This document shows, piece by piece, positions 13,101 through 24,962 of a stretch of 64,000 nt of DNA. The position numbers and the translations under genes are program-made. The stretch lies in the NCBI GenBank assembly GCA_030390025.1, contig CM059432.1, positions 62,994,001 to 63,058,000 of the forward strand. The letters run 5' to 3'. Every line of letters begins with the position of its first letter. The first letter of the stretch is position 1. This stretch comes from Squalus acanthias. Its lineage: Eukaryota. The notes beneath the pieces are model-generated. The model made no database searches, was not told the origin of the DNA, and saw only the letters and a program-made list of their open reading frames with translations.

Positions 13101-14297
13101 AGCAGGCGCTGCACACCTGTCTTAAGGCGCAAAGGCCAAGGAGTGAGGCGCTAACTCAGAGCGCTGGCGAAGCTCATGTAATGTCAGTCAGCAATGGAAC
13201 ACACACACAATGGCACGGGCCAGTTCTTAAAGGGGATGGTTAATCTTGCTTTCCATCCACATCCTGTTCATTGCAGCCTTGAATCTCGGCCTGGAGAGAC
13301 TTGCACATCAAATGTGCTGGAAAGAACAATGGAGAGTACCAGGCAAAGAGCTCAGAGTGCAGCTCCCACAGTCTCTGCTAAATCGATACAAGGAATGGCA
13401 AATCAAAATGAACCTGCAAAGTGCTGCTCAGTACCCAAAACTCCTTCACACAACGTTGAATCTCTCCAGAAGTCTCTCCCTCTCTCTCTCAGAATGCATA
13501 GTTCAAAAATGCCACCAACAATAAAAGACAGGAAGAGGCCCCCTTTAAATAGCGCCACCCCCAGCCCCACAGCGATTGATAGCGTTCCAGTCTTCTGGTC
13601 GTTGGATGCGCCAGGCGGTAAGGCAGGGGGCGCCACTCAATTTCTGCTCCGGGGCGCCACAAGGGCGTTGCACCATGGAATGATGTCACAATCTGCGCGC
13701 GCAGGTGGTCGCAGCGGTAAGTTTTAGCGCCGCCGCACAATCTCAAGTTAAGTTCTCGAGCGGCGCAAACATCGCTGCGCCCGGGCGTTAGCGGCTTTGC
13801 GCCCCATTAGCGCCCTCTTAAGGCGCTAACGGGAGGCGCAACCAACTGAATTTTTACCCCAAAGCCTTCAGGCTTGTTTTTTTTAATACTCTTAGTCCTT
13901 TTAGAATTATTATTTACTGTGAGCCTGTTTGATTTACACCCTTGATTTCTCTGCCTTCCACGTTTGCTTTTCTCCTTCCTGTCTTTTGCTTCTATCCTTG
14001 CTTTCCTGTCCTCTGTCTCCCTGCATAGGTTCCCAACGCCCTGCCATTTTAGTTTAAACCCTCCCCAACAGCACTAGCAAACACTCCCCCTAGGACATCG
14101 GTCCCAGTCCTGCCCAGGTGCAAACCGTCCAGTTTGTACTGGTCCCACCTCCCCCAGAACCGGTTCCAATGTCCCAGGAATTTGAATCCCTCCCCCTTGC
14201 ACCATTCCTCTAGCCACGTATTCAGCTGAAATATCCTTCTATTTCTACGCTGACTAGCACGTGGCACTGGTAGCAATCCTGAGATTACTACCTTTGA
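10111..14297 (-). mobile_element. CR1 LINE (family B), 5'-truncated in ORF1 and interrupted by a MITE at 12968-13860
   Basis: ORF1 SGNH-esterase tail at 14049-14297. APE endonuclease (LCLNARS, GITETWL, GDFN) at 12412-12967. RT (DFQKAFD, GVPQGSVLGP, FADD) at 10206-12286 with frameshifts. tctatgtttctatgttt tail at ~10111. Confidence 0.97.
12968..13860. mobile_element. Harbinger-type MITE
   Basis: TIRs GGGGTAGAAATT ... AATTTTTACCCC, 3-bp TSD AAA; splits the CR1 just before LCLNARS; homologous to 27831-28705. Confidence 0.9.
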
Positions 14298-15452
14298 AAG
14301 TCAGCTGTTCAGTATCTTGGCATAGGGCTTCACTTACCTCATTGCAGCTCTGTGGTCTGAAGATCACAGGACATACTATTTTAATATCCAGCAGTAGTGG
14401 CATGGCAGGATTAGGCACAGATGAAGGGTCTGCTTCTCAAGGTGCCACAACAGCCATACCACCCAGCCACCCCACCCCAGCAAGTGGACAGACCCAGGCA
14501 GTTACTACTGCCTTGAACATGGCACCATCAGGATCATCTTGTGAACATGCATAAGGAGGTACAGGGCCACCACCAGCCAAAGAACCATCTTTTGAGATTG
14601 AGCATCCTACCTCCTTTACTCCTCCCACTGGAGAAGAACCTAGAGCGATACTAGGTTAGGAAGTATTAGACTCAACCCAAACACAGCCATCTGGGAGGAA
14701 AGCAGTCTGCTGGAGCACCCTGTTAGGTAAATAAATTATTTGAAGTTCAATTCCACTTTGTGCAAAGAGTTAATTTGTAATGGGGGAAGATTTCTGTAGC
14801 CAATGAATAAATGTGCATACACAAGGAGGTACAAGGCTGTCATGTGGTCAAATGGAGGCGCTTGGTGGGCCAGTTAATTGGGAACATATATACAACAATG
14901 CTTATGCTAGAGCAACTTTGAAATGTCATTGAAATTGTTTATTAGATGTTGCCAGATTTGCTTGTCTGACTGCAGCTCCAATGCAGCAATCAACTCTTCA
15001 GCCTCAGGCTCATTGTCGAGGCTCTTTTCAGGCCCTACATGATTCTTATCTTCCATTTACTGCATGTTGACTCCTGTTCTGAGAGTAAAATTGGATAGTC
15101 TGCAGCTTATCACTACCATTTTGGATACCTTTGTGAAGCTGTAGAATAAGATACGCCAGACCTGAGCAAGCAGTGTACTCTATGCTTCAGATAAAAAGCA
15201 ATTAGCTTCATGGTATGCTCTACTTATATTCTTGTGGAGGCATCTGCCTCATTAGATTCTATTTCATGCATGGTTCATGGGTTTCAGACAGACATAATGA
15301 GCCATGGCATAAGAGAGTATGCTAGGCCATCCCTCTGTCTTACCTAATATTTTGTTAAATAAGGTGACTCTGTGGACTAGCATTGGATAAATGCATAGTG
15401 GCAACTTCCAGGGTATCTGGCATCCACCTCCATGATATGGGGCTGATGGTGG

Positions 15453-17154
15453 TGTAAGGGTTTCTGAACCTGTGGGATTCGTGTGGCTCTGTGCAGCCTG
15501 GATGCTAGTGCGGGTTTAGGCCTTGTTGCCTGTTCTGGTCTCCAGCCAGTCTGGGAGCACTAGACACCTGTGAGTGGTTCGACCCACTCGCCCTTACGGT
15601 TCTGACACTGGACTTAGATGCGAGAGCAGTAATGGAGAGAAAACTCAGGTAGACCCGGTTGAATGGTACGAAATGGAAAATCTTTATTGCATATTATTCA
15701 AGATTACGAAATACATGTCATAAGCACAGATTAATGACAGTACAATCTTACACGCAGTTATGTAACTAATTTCAGGGAAACGAGGAACGAACGACACATC
15801 GTAAATGGGGGCACACATTACAATTATCCTTAAAAAAACTTAAACCCTCCCCTATCAATACCTGCTCTAAACTAGACTTGTAGGATCGAGACTCATGCTC
15901 ACCACTCGTGATAACTCGGAGAATTCCAAAAACTCTGATCGGATGTTTTTCACCGCAGCACCTGATCACCCACGTGTTGATCAGGGGTCTCTGTACCCCA
16001 CTTGTTTACTCGTTTCTGCTCCGGCTAGCAGGCTGGACCGTCTGCTGTCATGAAGATCTGTGTTGTCCTCGGAGTTCCGACTCTACTCAAAAAAAGTCTT
16101 CCTGTGCCCTCGCACTGATGCGATAAAATTCGAAGAATAGTCTTCCTGCCAGTTCTGTAGAACTCAAAGATGGTCTTCCTGGGCAAGGAAAGTGTCTATT
16201 CGACCTACAGGCGCGGTCGGAGCTTACTGACCGTGGCGATACGTATGGTCTTCTTCTCTTCTCATCTCATCTCATCTCATCTCATCTCATCTCATCTCAT
16301 CTCGGGCCTTCGGTTCCAACACCGTTTACCGACTTCTCGGGATGGTGCGCCCGTTCCAAGGCTTCACAGCCCAGTTCCACACAGATCTTCGCGGCAAGCC
16401 ACGAGGCAGATCCTGGCGGATCGTAAAGTTCAACAGTCTTTCAAGCTGCAAGAGGCAGAGACACGAGGCAAGCGGCAAGAGGCAGGAGAATAAGAGCACA
16501 AGAGCAGCCACGAGGATAAGAGAAAGATGGACGGTTGGAGCTTGCAGTTATAGTGCAAAACTCTTCCTTTTCCCGCCCAACCTTAATGTCTTTTCTTTTG
16601 TTAGGGTTTTGGCGCTCAAATTTCTTGTATAGGGTGATCTCCGTTTTAATGGGTTTCGGGGATACTCGTAACTGTCTGAGTACCTGTTAATACTTTTCCC
16701 ATTGTGTAACCGGCTAGTATTCTCCCTGGAGGGGTTTTGGGGCTTCCAAATGTTTTCTGTAACTACCCGCTAACGGCTCTCTCATCGTAGAGTCGTGGGG
16801 ATTTTGCATATTAATGTCTTTGGATGGGTTCTTGATTGTTTGGTACAATAGCCCTTATTCGCACCTGGGAGACCGATTTCAGTATTTATGTGTATACTGC
16901 AAACCCATAATGTCTCGTGTATTATCTCAAATGTGCTGAGTCTGGATCGATCTTGCACAAATGTTTATTGGAACGCCATCTTGTCTGCTTGTCGAAAAGT
17001 CTAGAACGTTCTGCCACGAGGCGTGGCGGCCATTTTACAGGCTGCTTGTGTCCACTTTGAAAACCTGACAGCATTCTGCTGAAATAAAGCTGTTTGAACG
17101 AAACTATATGTTTTCTCCTTATTTATAAAATCGCGATATATTGCGAATTCTACA
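15453..17154 (-). mobile_element. Solo LTR, 1702 bp (ERV/LTR retroelement)
   Basis: TG...CA termini, 4-bp TSD GTGG, minus-strand TATAA (16552-16548) and AATAAA (15688-15683); homologous to 30445-32074. Confidence 0.9.
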
Positions 17155-17229
17155 GTGGTCAGAATCATTTTCTTTATGCCTATCAGTGAAGCACCGTGGA
17201 ACTTTTGCTTTACGCTAAAGGTGCTATGT

Positions 17230-17570
17230 AAATGCAAGTTTTTGGAGTTTGTTGTACTACAGAGAAGCTGACTTGGCAGCTTGAAAAAAGCCAGTTGGGT
17301 AGAAGTTCAAGGCAGTAGTGACTTTTACATTCACAGGAAGATCTGACCTAGTCCGAGACAAAGTTTGCAGGCTCGGCTGCAGGAGGCAACAAATTTCAGA
17401 AATTGCCTTCCTGGTAAAGTACAGGTGGCAGAGACACATCTCCTTGGAGATATCCAAATGACTATGTCAGCGTCTGTAGACCCACCCCTTGGAGTACAGC
17501 AGGTTGGGACAGATTACCTCAAATGCAAGCAGATCTTCCTCTGTGTTTTCCTGCCAAACAATTTCTCGTC
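17230..17570 (-). pseudogene. Degenerate Harbinger transposase N-terminal fragment
   Basis: FTRKAISEICCLLQPSLQ...LPVNVKVTTALNFYPTGFFQ matches the transposase at 32700-32950. Confidence 0.75.
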
Positions 17571-19376
17571 CTCCAGCTACCTGAGGCCAGGAAAATGTCC
17601 ATCCTGTCAGTTTATGGTGCAATGGTAGGAAGTGTAAAATGAAAGAAATGAAAGAAACAAAACCAATCAAATAAAGGCATAAAAAAGAGAAAAATTGAAA
17701 AACAAACCAAAGCAGCTAACTAAATGCAACAAAAACAATCCAAACAGATAGAACAAAATCTCCCAGTCACTCCTAAAACAAGTCAACACATCTCAAAGTG
17801 AGAATTGAAAATTCACTAGGATTTTACTTGCCTACAGCGATGACATCATTTCATTGGGGGCAAACCACACAAAAAGAGAAAGAATGCCCCACCCTTATCA
17901 ACATTGTTTTGGAACCACTATTGAGCTTGCACTGTATTGCCATCCAGGTCCTCCAGTGGCTGCACTGCAGGCTGATTGCAAATAGACAATTTGTACAATC
18001 CCGGTGGTGAGTAGTGGCAAGGCCGACTCCCAGGATTTTCTGATCTCCCACGCCAGTTATGCACATGCACAAATATGTAACCTGGAGTCTGCAACATCAT
18101 GGCCAGGTTGTCCTAAGCTTTAGGATAGGATATTCTTCAGTTATCACACTGGCTGAGGTCAGATGATGAATTTCCATTAGCTCTATTTATCATTCCTTCA
18201 TGGTTAACTGCAATCTCTGTCCAAGATCTGTCAGTCCTAGGTTCGAGCTACCTGAAGGGTTGGGTCCAAGTTAAACATCGCCACAATCAGAACAGTTCTG
18301 AATGTGTCTACATGCCTAAGTCACTGGCAATCCTAGTGTCAGATATAATTTTCCTTAAGATGGACTGCTTTATAGCCACATGAGTGTTCAGCAGAGTATG
18401 GATTTCAGAGAGGGAGCTGTCCAGACTTGTGAACCTTCGATCCATAATACTTTGGAATTGGCCAACAGGATTGTGGATAGTCTGCTGTTGCTCCTTCAGT
18501 CTTACCTTGAAGGTCGGACTGCTGACAACTACTTGCACTTATATCATATCTTTAACGTAAAGAAATATCTCAAGATTCTTCAGGAAATGGGAATGGAAAT
18601 GAACACTGAGCAGGTGTCTGACGAAGTGAGGAGAAGTGACCGCCATTCTTTCCTGTTCTGTTGATACTTCAGTATTGTGATATCTGCGACCCGCAGTTAA
18701 CCTCTGCAAATTTGAATACAAGAACTGGAAGTGCTACATCCTCTGCATCACATAAGTGCTCGTATAGTTGTCACCCAAGATCACGCATAGGTACAGGCAT
18801 CTCACTGTTGGTACAGTAAAGTTTGTGATTTGTGTTGGGCTGTGTGTTCTTGTGGCGAGAGAGAGAGAGAAAGATTGATAAATATTTTTATTGCAAGACA
18901 TAATGCATGACATCAGCATTAGTAACCTATTAATAGATCCCAATATTCAGGTTGAGCAATATGTTTTACAAACAGACCGTACTTGGGAGTGATCCTTACC
19001 ACTGTCAGTAGGTTCTTACATCAGCACCAGCCATCCCTCCCAGACATTGCAGGTGCAAAAGCAGGGCTAACTTTCCTCAGTCTCGGACGTCCTTTAGATG
19101 TTGGGGTAGAGTTGCTGCTTGTGTACGTTAGTAATTTCAGCAAATTCTGAGCAGAACCGGTCGAAACAGTGCAAAAGGTTGCGGAATTTTAAACCTAAGT
19201 GACTTGCGGCCAAAACCACTTACATTCGTGTTTTAGGCTGGTTCGAGATTCAATTCGCCTGGGCCAGACCCCGCCCACAAAACTGGCCACGTCCCCAGGT
19301 TGAAATTGCGAGATTCTGCCGACTGCGCTGGTTTGGGAGGCTCTTCAAATTGCGCTAATTTTCTTCGGCACACATA

Positions 19377-19691
19377 AACAACTTGCATTTATATCGCACC
19401 TTTAACATAGTAATACATCCCAAGGTCAAACAAAATTTGACATCGAGCCACATAAGGAGATATTAGGACAGGTGGTCAGAGTGATAGGTCTTAAAGGAGG
19501 AGAGAGAGGTAGAGAGGTGGAGAGGTTTAGAGAGGGAACTCCAGAGCTTAGGCCCTCGGCAGCTGAAGGCACTGCCTCCAAGGGTGGAGCAATTAAAATC
19601 AGGGGTGCGCAAGAGGCCAGAATTGGAGGACACACAGATCTCGGAGGATTGTAGGGCTGGAGGAGGTTACAGAGATAGGGAGGAGCGAGGC
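19377..19691 (-). mobile_element. L2-type LINE 3' end
   Basis: aacaacttgcatttatatcgcacc tail; homologous to 49670-49892. Confidence 0.75.
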
Positions 19692-19996
19692 ATCATTTAT
19701 ATCAAAAATGTTTAATTTACTAAGAAACTGGCTAGTGTACACCAGTGAAACTATTAAATGGTTCAGTACAGTTTTTTAGTCATTTTCAGTCATTTTAAAT
19801 TAGGTTACTCACAGGTGGAGGACTGGACACTCTTATTCAAAATGCTTATTTTTGGTGATAAACCCATTTTCAGCTGTATTAATAAAACTGCACCAGGTTC
19901 CCAATCTTAAATACATCACGAATTAATGGAAAGAAAAAAAGAAACAATTACATTCAGTTACGCTGTCTGATTGCGCTGGTTCATTGAAGATTTTAC

Positions 19997-22486
19997 GGCT
20001 GCGACTTTGCGCCTGGAGGCGGGATGGTGATGGGTCCGCTGTTCGGCGGGTTCCGGACCCGCTCCCGGTTCCTGCCGCCCTGCAGTTGAAATTTTCGGTT
20101 GATTGGCCTCGTTAATGCCGACGTGCGGGTTCTCCAAGGCAATTGCTGGGTGTGGGTCAGCTGCTCGCGTCTGATGATGCGATGTTGGACTGATTATTTA
20201 AAGGGGCCATGTCCCCTCTACAGATTCATTTCCGTTTTGTTCCCTGAAGTGCTGGCTGCTGCAGGTATGGCAGCGCCAAAACCCAAGGCTGCTCCCCGCT
20301 TCGACGCGGACTCCCTCCATGCAGGGAGGGAGTAAGAGGACGTAAGGAGGTCCTCTTCCCTGGAGGCAGAAGGAGGAGGCCTCCTCAGCATACCAAGGCA
20401 GCTTGGCTTCAAATAGCTGAGGAGGTCAGTTCGAGGTCAATCTGCATACAACCTGGTAGTGTCGCAAGAGGTTTAATGATCTGTTGTGATCAGCAAAATT
20501 GAGTATAACATCACACTTACCTTCCATCTGCCTCCCATCTCTTCTCATCCCCATCACTCTGCATTGGCAACCTTCCCCTGCACATCCCAACTCACTCTAA
20601 CATCCCTTGCACCCTCACCCATCCCTCTCTTTATCTGTACAGAATCACGTCACCATCTTACTATGCACCACTCACACTCTTATGCAATGCCAACAACTAA
20701 CAACGCACAGGGAGGGAACTCGGTTTGTGCACCTCACTCCTTCATAGTCTCTCTCTATGTCATCCATTCTTTACACTCACTCCATCAATCTCTCTCAAAC
20801 TCCACTTGTGTTCCTCATTACAGGAGAAGAGAGCCCACAATAAAAGGGAGAGGGGAGGACAGGAGGAAGCCCAGCATCCCTGGCGCGCCTAACAAATGCT
20901 GAGGAGGCAGCCCTGGAGATCGTCGCAGGTGCAGAGGAGCTGGAAGTGGGGGACGGAGAGACGGGCATAGAAGAGCAAGCTGGTGACAGAATTGATTTCC
21001 AACCCTCTGATTTAGCATTCTTAAGTGACTAATATGGGATATGATGTTCATAGAGATTGAGTGCTAAGCATCTGCACAATGGGATGTGTCTGCAACATAC
21101 ATTTCACTTGTCTAACTCATGCCTTTACTCCCCCGCTCCCCACTGTCCAGGAGGAAGAGCAGGAGCACTCCTCAGAAGAACCACCAGCCTCTGAGGGAGC
21201 AGCGTCACCAACATTCAGCGCACCCAGCACCAGCGCAGAGACGCACACCTCGGTGGGTTTTGTGCGAGATAGAGTAGTGTTGTCACCTGGTGTATCACAG
21301 CTCACAAGTGAGCAGGAGCAGATGTTGGAGGCAGGGACAGCAGTGGAGAGTCCTCGTCGGAGGACGCAGGGCTCTCCAAGCTCTGCTCAGCTGCATGTAA
21401 ACGCGGAACCTCTGGGGCCATCCAGAAAGAGAGCGGTGCTGGAGCTTCAGGAACAAGTGCAGGAGGCTCTGAGTGGATTTGCTTCCACGGTAACTGTGAG
21501 TGTGCAGAGAATGGAGGAGTCCATCTTAAACATTAGCAATGCCGTGTTGAACGCTATGGGCAATCTAGGTGCCACCATGGGAAGGATGGCAACCTCCATG
21601 GAGGACCTAACTCGCCAGGCACAAGCCAACCTGGTGGCTCTTCTAGATAGATGGTCAGCTATGGAGGATAGAAGGCCATCTATCGTGGAGAGGAACCAGA
21701 GGCACATGGATATCCCGGTTATGAGGACTGTCAGTACAGAGACGGGTTCACATGGCCCCACCGATGTGCAGCAAGGTGCTCTCCAGCAACTTGCTAGCAG
21801 TGAAGTGCGGGTGACCCATGAGAGGGTCGGTGGTGTTCGAGCACAAGGAAGTGGGGGCTCCCCTCCAAGCGCTCACACTCCCTTGCCATTGCCGAGCCCT
21901 CGGTCAGAGCCCCATCTACCTGAGCCAACAGAGATGGCCGTGTCTGCCCCTGCATAGCCGCAGGAGGAGCAAACTTTGGCGGGGCCCTCCAAGGCTCCCA
22001 AAACCAGAGGACAGCCACCAAAGGCATCTAAGCAGGAGCAGCAGGGAAGTGAGTAGGCTGTCTCCACATATGCTGAAGCCACAGGGGTCTCACAACGTAG
22101 AAGCACGCGTAAGAGGAAGATGTCACGTTAATAATCACAAGGGTTCTCACTTGGGTGCTATGATAGAAGTATTGGTAAAGTTTCTGTTCTTTGCCAATAT
22201 TATAATAAATTGATGTAGAATGTAAGTTTGGCATCGTTGCCAGCTGTGTGCTGACAATTTGAGGTGGCACAGTTTAGGGTAAGTGCGCCTTTAAAATCCA
22301 GCAATGCAGGTGACAGACGATCTATAGCGTACAACACATACCTGCAGCCTAAACACAGAACATGCCTCCCAAATTATTCAATCACCAAGGGATCACGGCA
22401 GGTTCGGAACCCGCTGTCAATCATTGCAAATTTAACCTCTGACCTGCCTCCAATCCCGCCCTCTGTGCGCTGGCAAATTTCCGGCA
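19997..22486 (+). mobile_element. Non-autonomous Harbinger carrying an intron-containing Myb/SANT gene remnant
   Basis: Imperfect TIRs with TAC TSD. Exon 1 from ATG ~20267 (MAAPKPKAAPRF...), exon 2 at 20824-20982 (EKRAHNKRE), long third exon ~21151-21957 (the 298-aa ORF). Confidence 0.8.
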
Positions 22487-22987
22487 TACGTTTTTGATTA
22501 TGCAAATGAATTTTATTGAAAACTTGAACTGTAACCTAAACAGTGCAATTTCAAGAACATTTTGGACTCAATTTCCCGATTGCGCCCAAAGCGGAAACTC
22601 TATCCCTTTATATATATTTTCTGGTTGCTTCTTGTTTAACTTTTAAATGCAATTTCTATTGGTGGTTTGCTTCATGCCAATGATCTTTTATTTATGAATA
22701 TTACCTCAATTGTTACACAACCAGCTCCCAGGCCTCTTTCCTAATGCTCTGTTTTCGGGTCTTGATCCGAGAGATCTGAATATTAAAAACTTTCTAGCTA
22801 CGGCCTCCTCCACAATAAAATACATTTTATGCTTTGTGAATCTGGCCTCCTGTTTTTTTATGACATGTTTGCCATTTTCTAATCAGTCCTGTTGGCATAA
22901 TCTCTACAGTGTGACCTTTTGGGATTAACTGTTTCATTCTGTGCTGTTTAGATGCTAACCTATGGTTACTGCAACTTTGCAAAGATT

Positions 22988-23221
22988 AATACGATAGCAA
23001 AATACTGCGGATGCTGGAAATCTGAAATAACAACAGAAAACGCTGGAAAAACTCAGCAGGCCAGGCAGCATCCGTGGAGAGAGAAAGAGAGTTAACGTTT
23101 CAGGTCGATGACCTTTCGTGGTTCTGACGAAAGGTCATCGACCTGAAACGTTAACTCTCTTTCTCTCTCCACGGATGCTGCCTGGCCTGCTGAGTTTTTC
23201 CAGCGTTTTCTGTTGTTATTT
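22988..23221. mobile_element. Inverted Penelope pseudo-LTR pair (perfect palindrome)
   Basis: 95-bp arms at 23025-23119 and 23127-23221; duplicated flank TTTGCAAAGATT; homologous to the Penelope ends at 32976, 34428 and 37560. Confidence 0.9.
23121..23155 (+). ncRNA. Minimal hammerhead ribozyme motif
   Basis: gtt-CTGACGA-a-AGGTC-atc-GACCT-GAA-ACGT-T-aac. Confidence 0.75.
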
Positions 23222-23891
23222 GCAAAGATTGGTTGTCTTAATTTGCTGCCAGCAGTGTATTGGTATGTGCAGTGTTAATGACTGACTAATGACAAATTTA
23301 CCTCACAGTGTTGCCACCAGTGGGGGCCTACACTCAGGTGACAACAATGCAAAGTAAATGAAAGGCCACTGTTGCCTCTGAAGATGCCAAAAGCCACCTA
23401 AAGAGATGGGCCGCGATTTTGTCAGCGGTGTCGGGATGGGTGCGGGACAGCTGGTTTCCGGCTTCCAGTCCTGCCCCAGCTGCCTCCGCTCCACAGACGT
23501 GATTTTTCCTTGATTGACCTTGTTAAGCCCGCCCTGCGGGCTTGCCGGCAAATTAACAGGAAGCGGGTCTGATGACGTCAAGAGTGCAGTTTGTCACGGA
23601 GTGCAGTTCGGAACAGAGTGTTAAGCTGCGAGTTTGGTGAGTGAGGGAGTTCGGGGAGGGAGGTGTTCCTTTCTTTTTCCATCTTTGTCAGCTTCCAGGA
23701 GAGCAGGAGCTAAAAAGCTGCACAAGAGGGGACAGAGAACCAGCGGTGAGTATTTCTACAGTATTTCTACATTCCAGTCATTAAAGTAATAGTAAGGTCT
23801 CTAGTTTGGAGTAAGTAGTGTTTAAAGGGAAGTAAGGTCCCTAGTGTATTTAATATTCTTTAATTTAAAGGGAGTAAATTAAGGCTAGGAC

Positions 23892-24843
23892 ATGTCAGGG
23901 CAGCTCGGCAGCGGGGAGTGCTCCTCCTGTGCTATGTGGGAAGTCAGGGACACTTTAGGGGACCAGGGCGAACACATGTGCAGGAAGTGTCTCCAGCTGC
24001 AGCTACTCGAAATCTGCGTTTCAGAGCTGGAGCTGCGGCTGGAGTCACTGTGCAGCATCCGCGAAGCTGAGATCTTTGTGGATAGCACGTTTAACAAGGT
24101 GGTCACACCGCAGGTAAAGAGTACACAGGCAGACAGGGAATGGGTGACCACCAGACAGAGTAAAAGAACTAGGAAGGTAGTGCAGAAGTCCCCTGGGTCC
24201 ATCTCCCTCTCCGACAGATTTTCCATTTTGGATACTGATGGGGGAGATGGTTTCTCAGGGGAATGCAGCAAGAGCCAAGTCCGTGGCACTACGACTGGCT
24301 CAGCTGCACAGGAGGGGAGGAAAATGAGTGGGAGAGCAATAGTGATAGGGGATTCTATCGTAAGGGGAGCAGATAGACGTTTCTGTGGCCACAGACGTGA
24401 CTCCAGGATGGTATGTTGCCTCCCTGATGCCAAGGTCAAGGATGTCACTGAACGGCTGCAGGGCATTCTGAAGAGGGAGGGCGAACAGTCAGAGGTCGTG
24501 GTTCACATTGGTACCAACGACATGGGTAGAAAGAGGGATGAGGTCCTGCAACAAGAATTTAGGGAGCTAGGTAGCAGATTAAAAAGCAGGACCTCAAAGG
24601 TTGTAATCTCTGGATTACTCCCGGTGCCACGTGCTGGTGAGTATAGGAATAGGAGGATAGAGCAGATGAATGCGTGGCTAAACAGTTGGTGCAGGAGGGA
24701 GGGCTTTAGTTTCCTGGATCACTGGGTCTGCTTCTGGGGAAGGTGGGACCTGTACAAGTCGGACGGGTTGCACCTGAACCGGAACGGGTCCAACATCCTT
24801 GCGGGGAGGTTTGCTAATGCTGTTGGGGGGGGGTTTAAACTAA
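23892..24843 (+). CDS. CR1 ORF1p: CxxC/CxxC zinc finger, coiled coil and SGNH esterase; the G9 run near the end shifts it into the ORF2 frame
   Basis: CSSC...CRKC, IVIGDSIVR, HIGTND and DGLH motifs. Confidence 0.85.
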
Positions 24844-24962
24844 CTTGGCAGGGGGATGGGATATGGAGTGGAGCTATAGTCGGGGGTGATGCACAGCCAA
24901 ATATAGAGGAAAAAACAAGTCAGCCTGGAAGGCAGAGCAAATATGTAACGGCACAAAGGAGT

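Larger units (their letters stand above)
19103..22606. mobile_element. Outer Harbinger-type MITE hosting nested L2 and Harbinger insertions
   Basis: Imperfect TIRs GGGGTAGAGTTGCTGCTT ... AAGCGGAAACTCTATCCC. Confidence 0.55.

Noticed and set aside
21061..21957. 298-aa ORF as a host gene (e.g. NAIF1 or an MSANTD gene)
   Set aside because: It lies inside a TIR/TSD-bounded Harbinger, and the upstream exons are disrupted.
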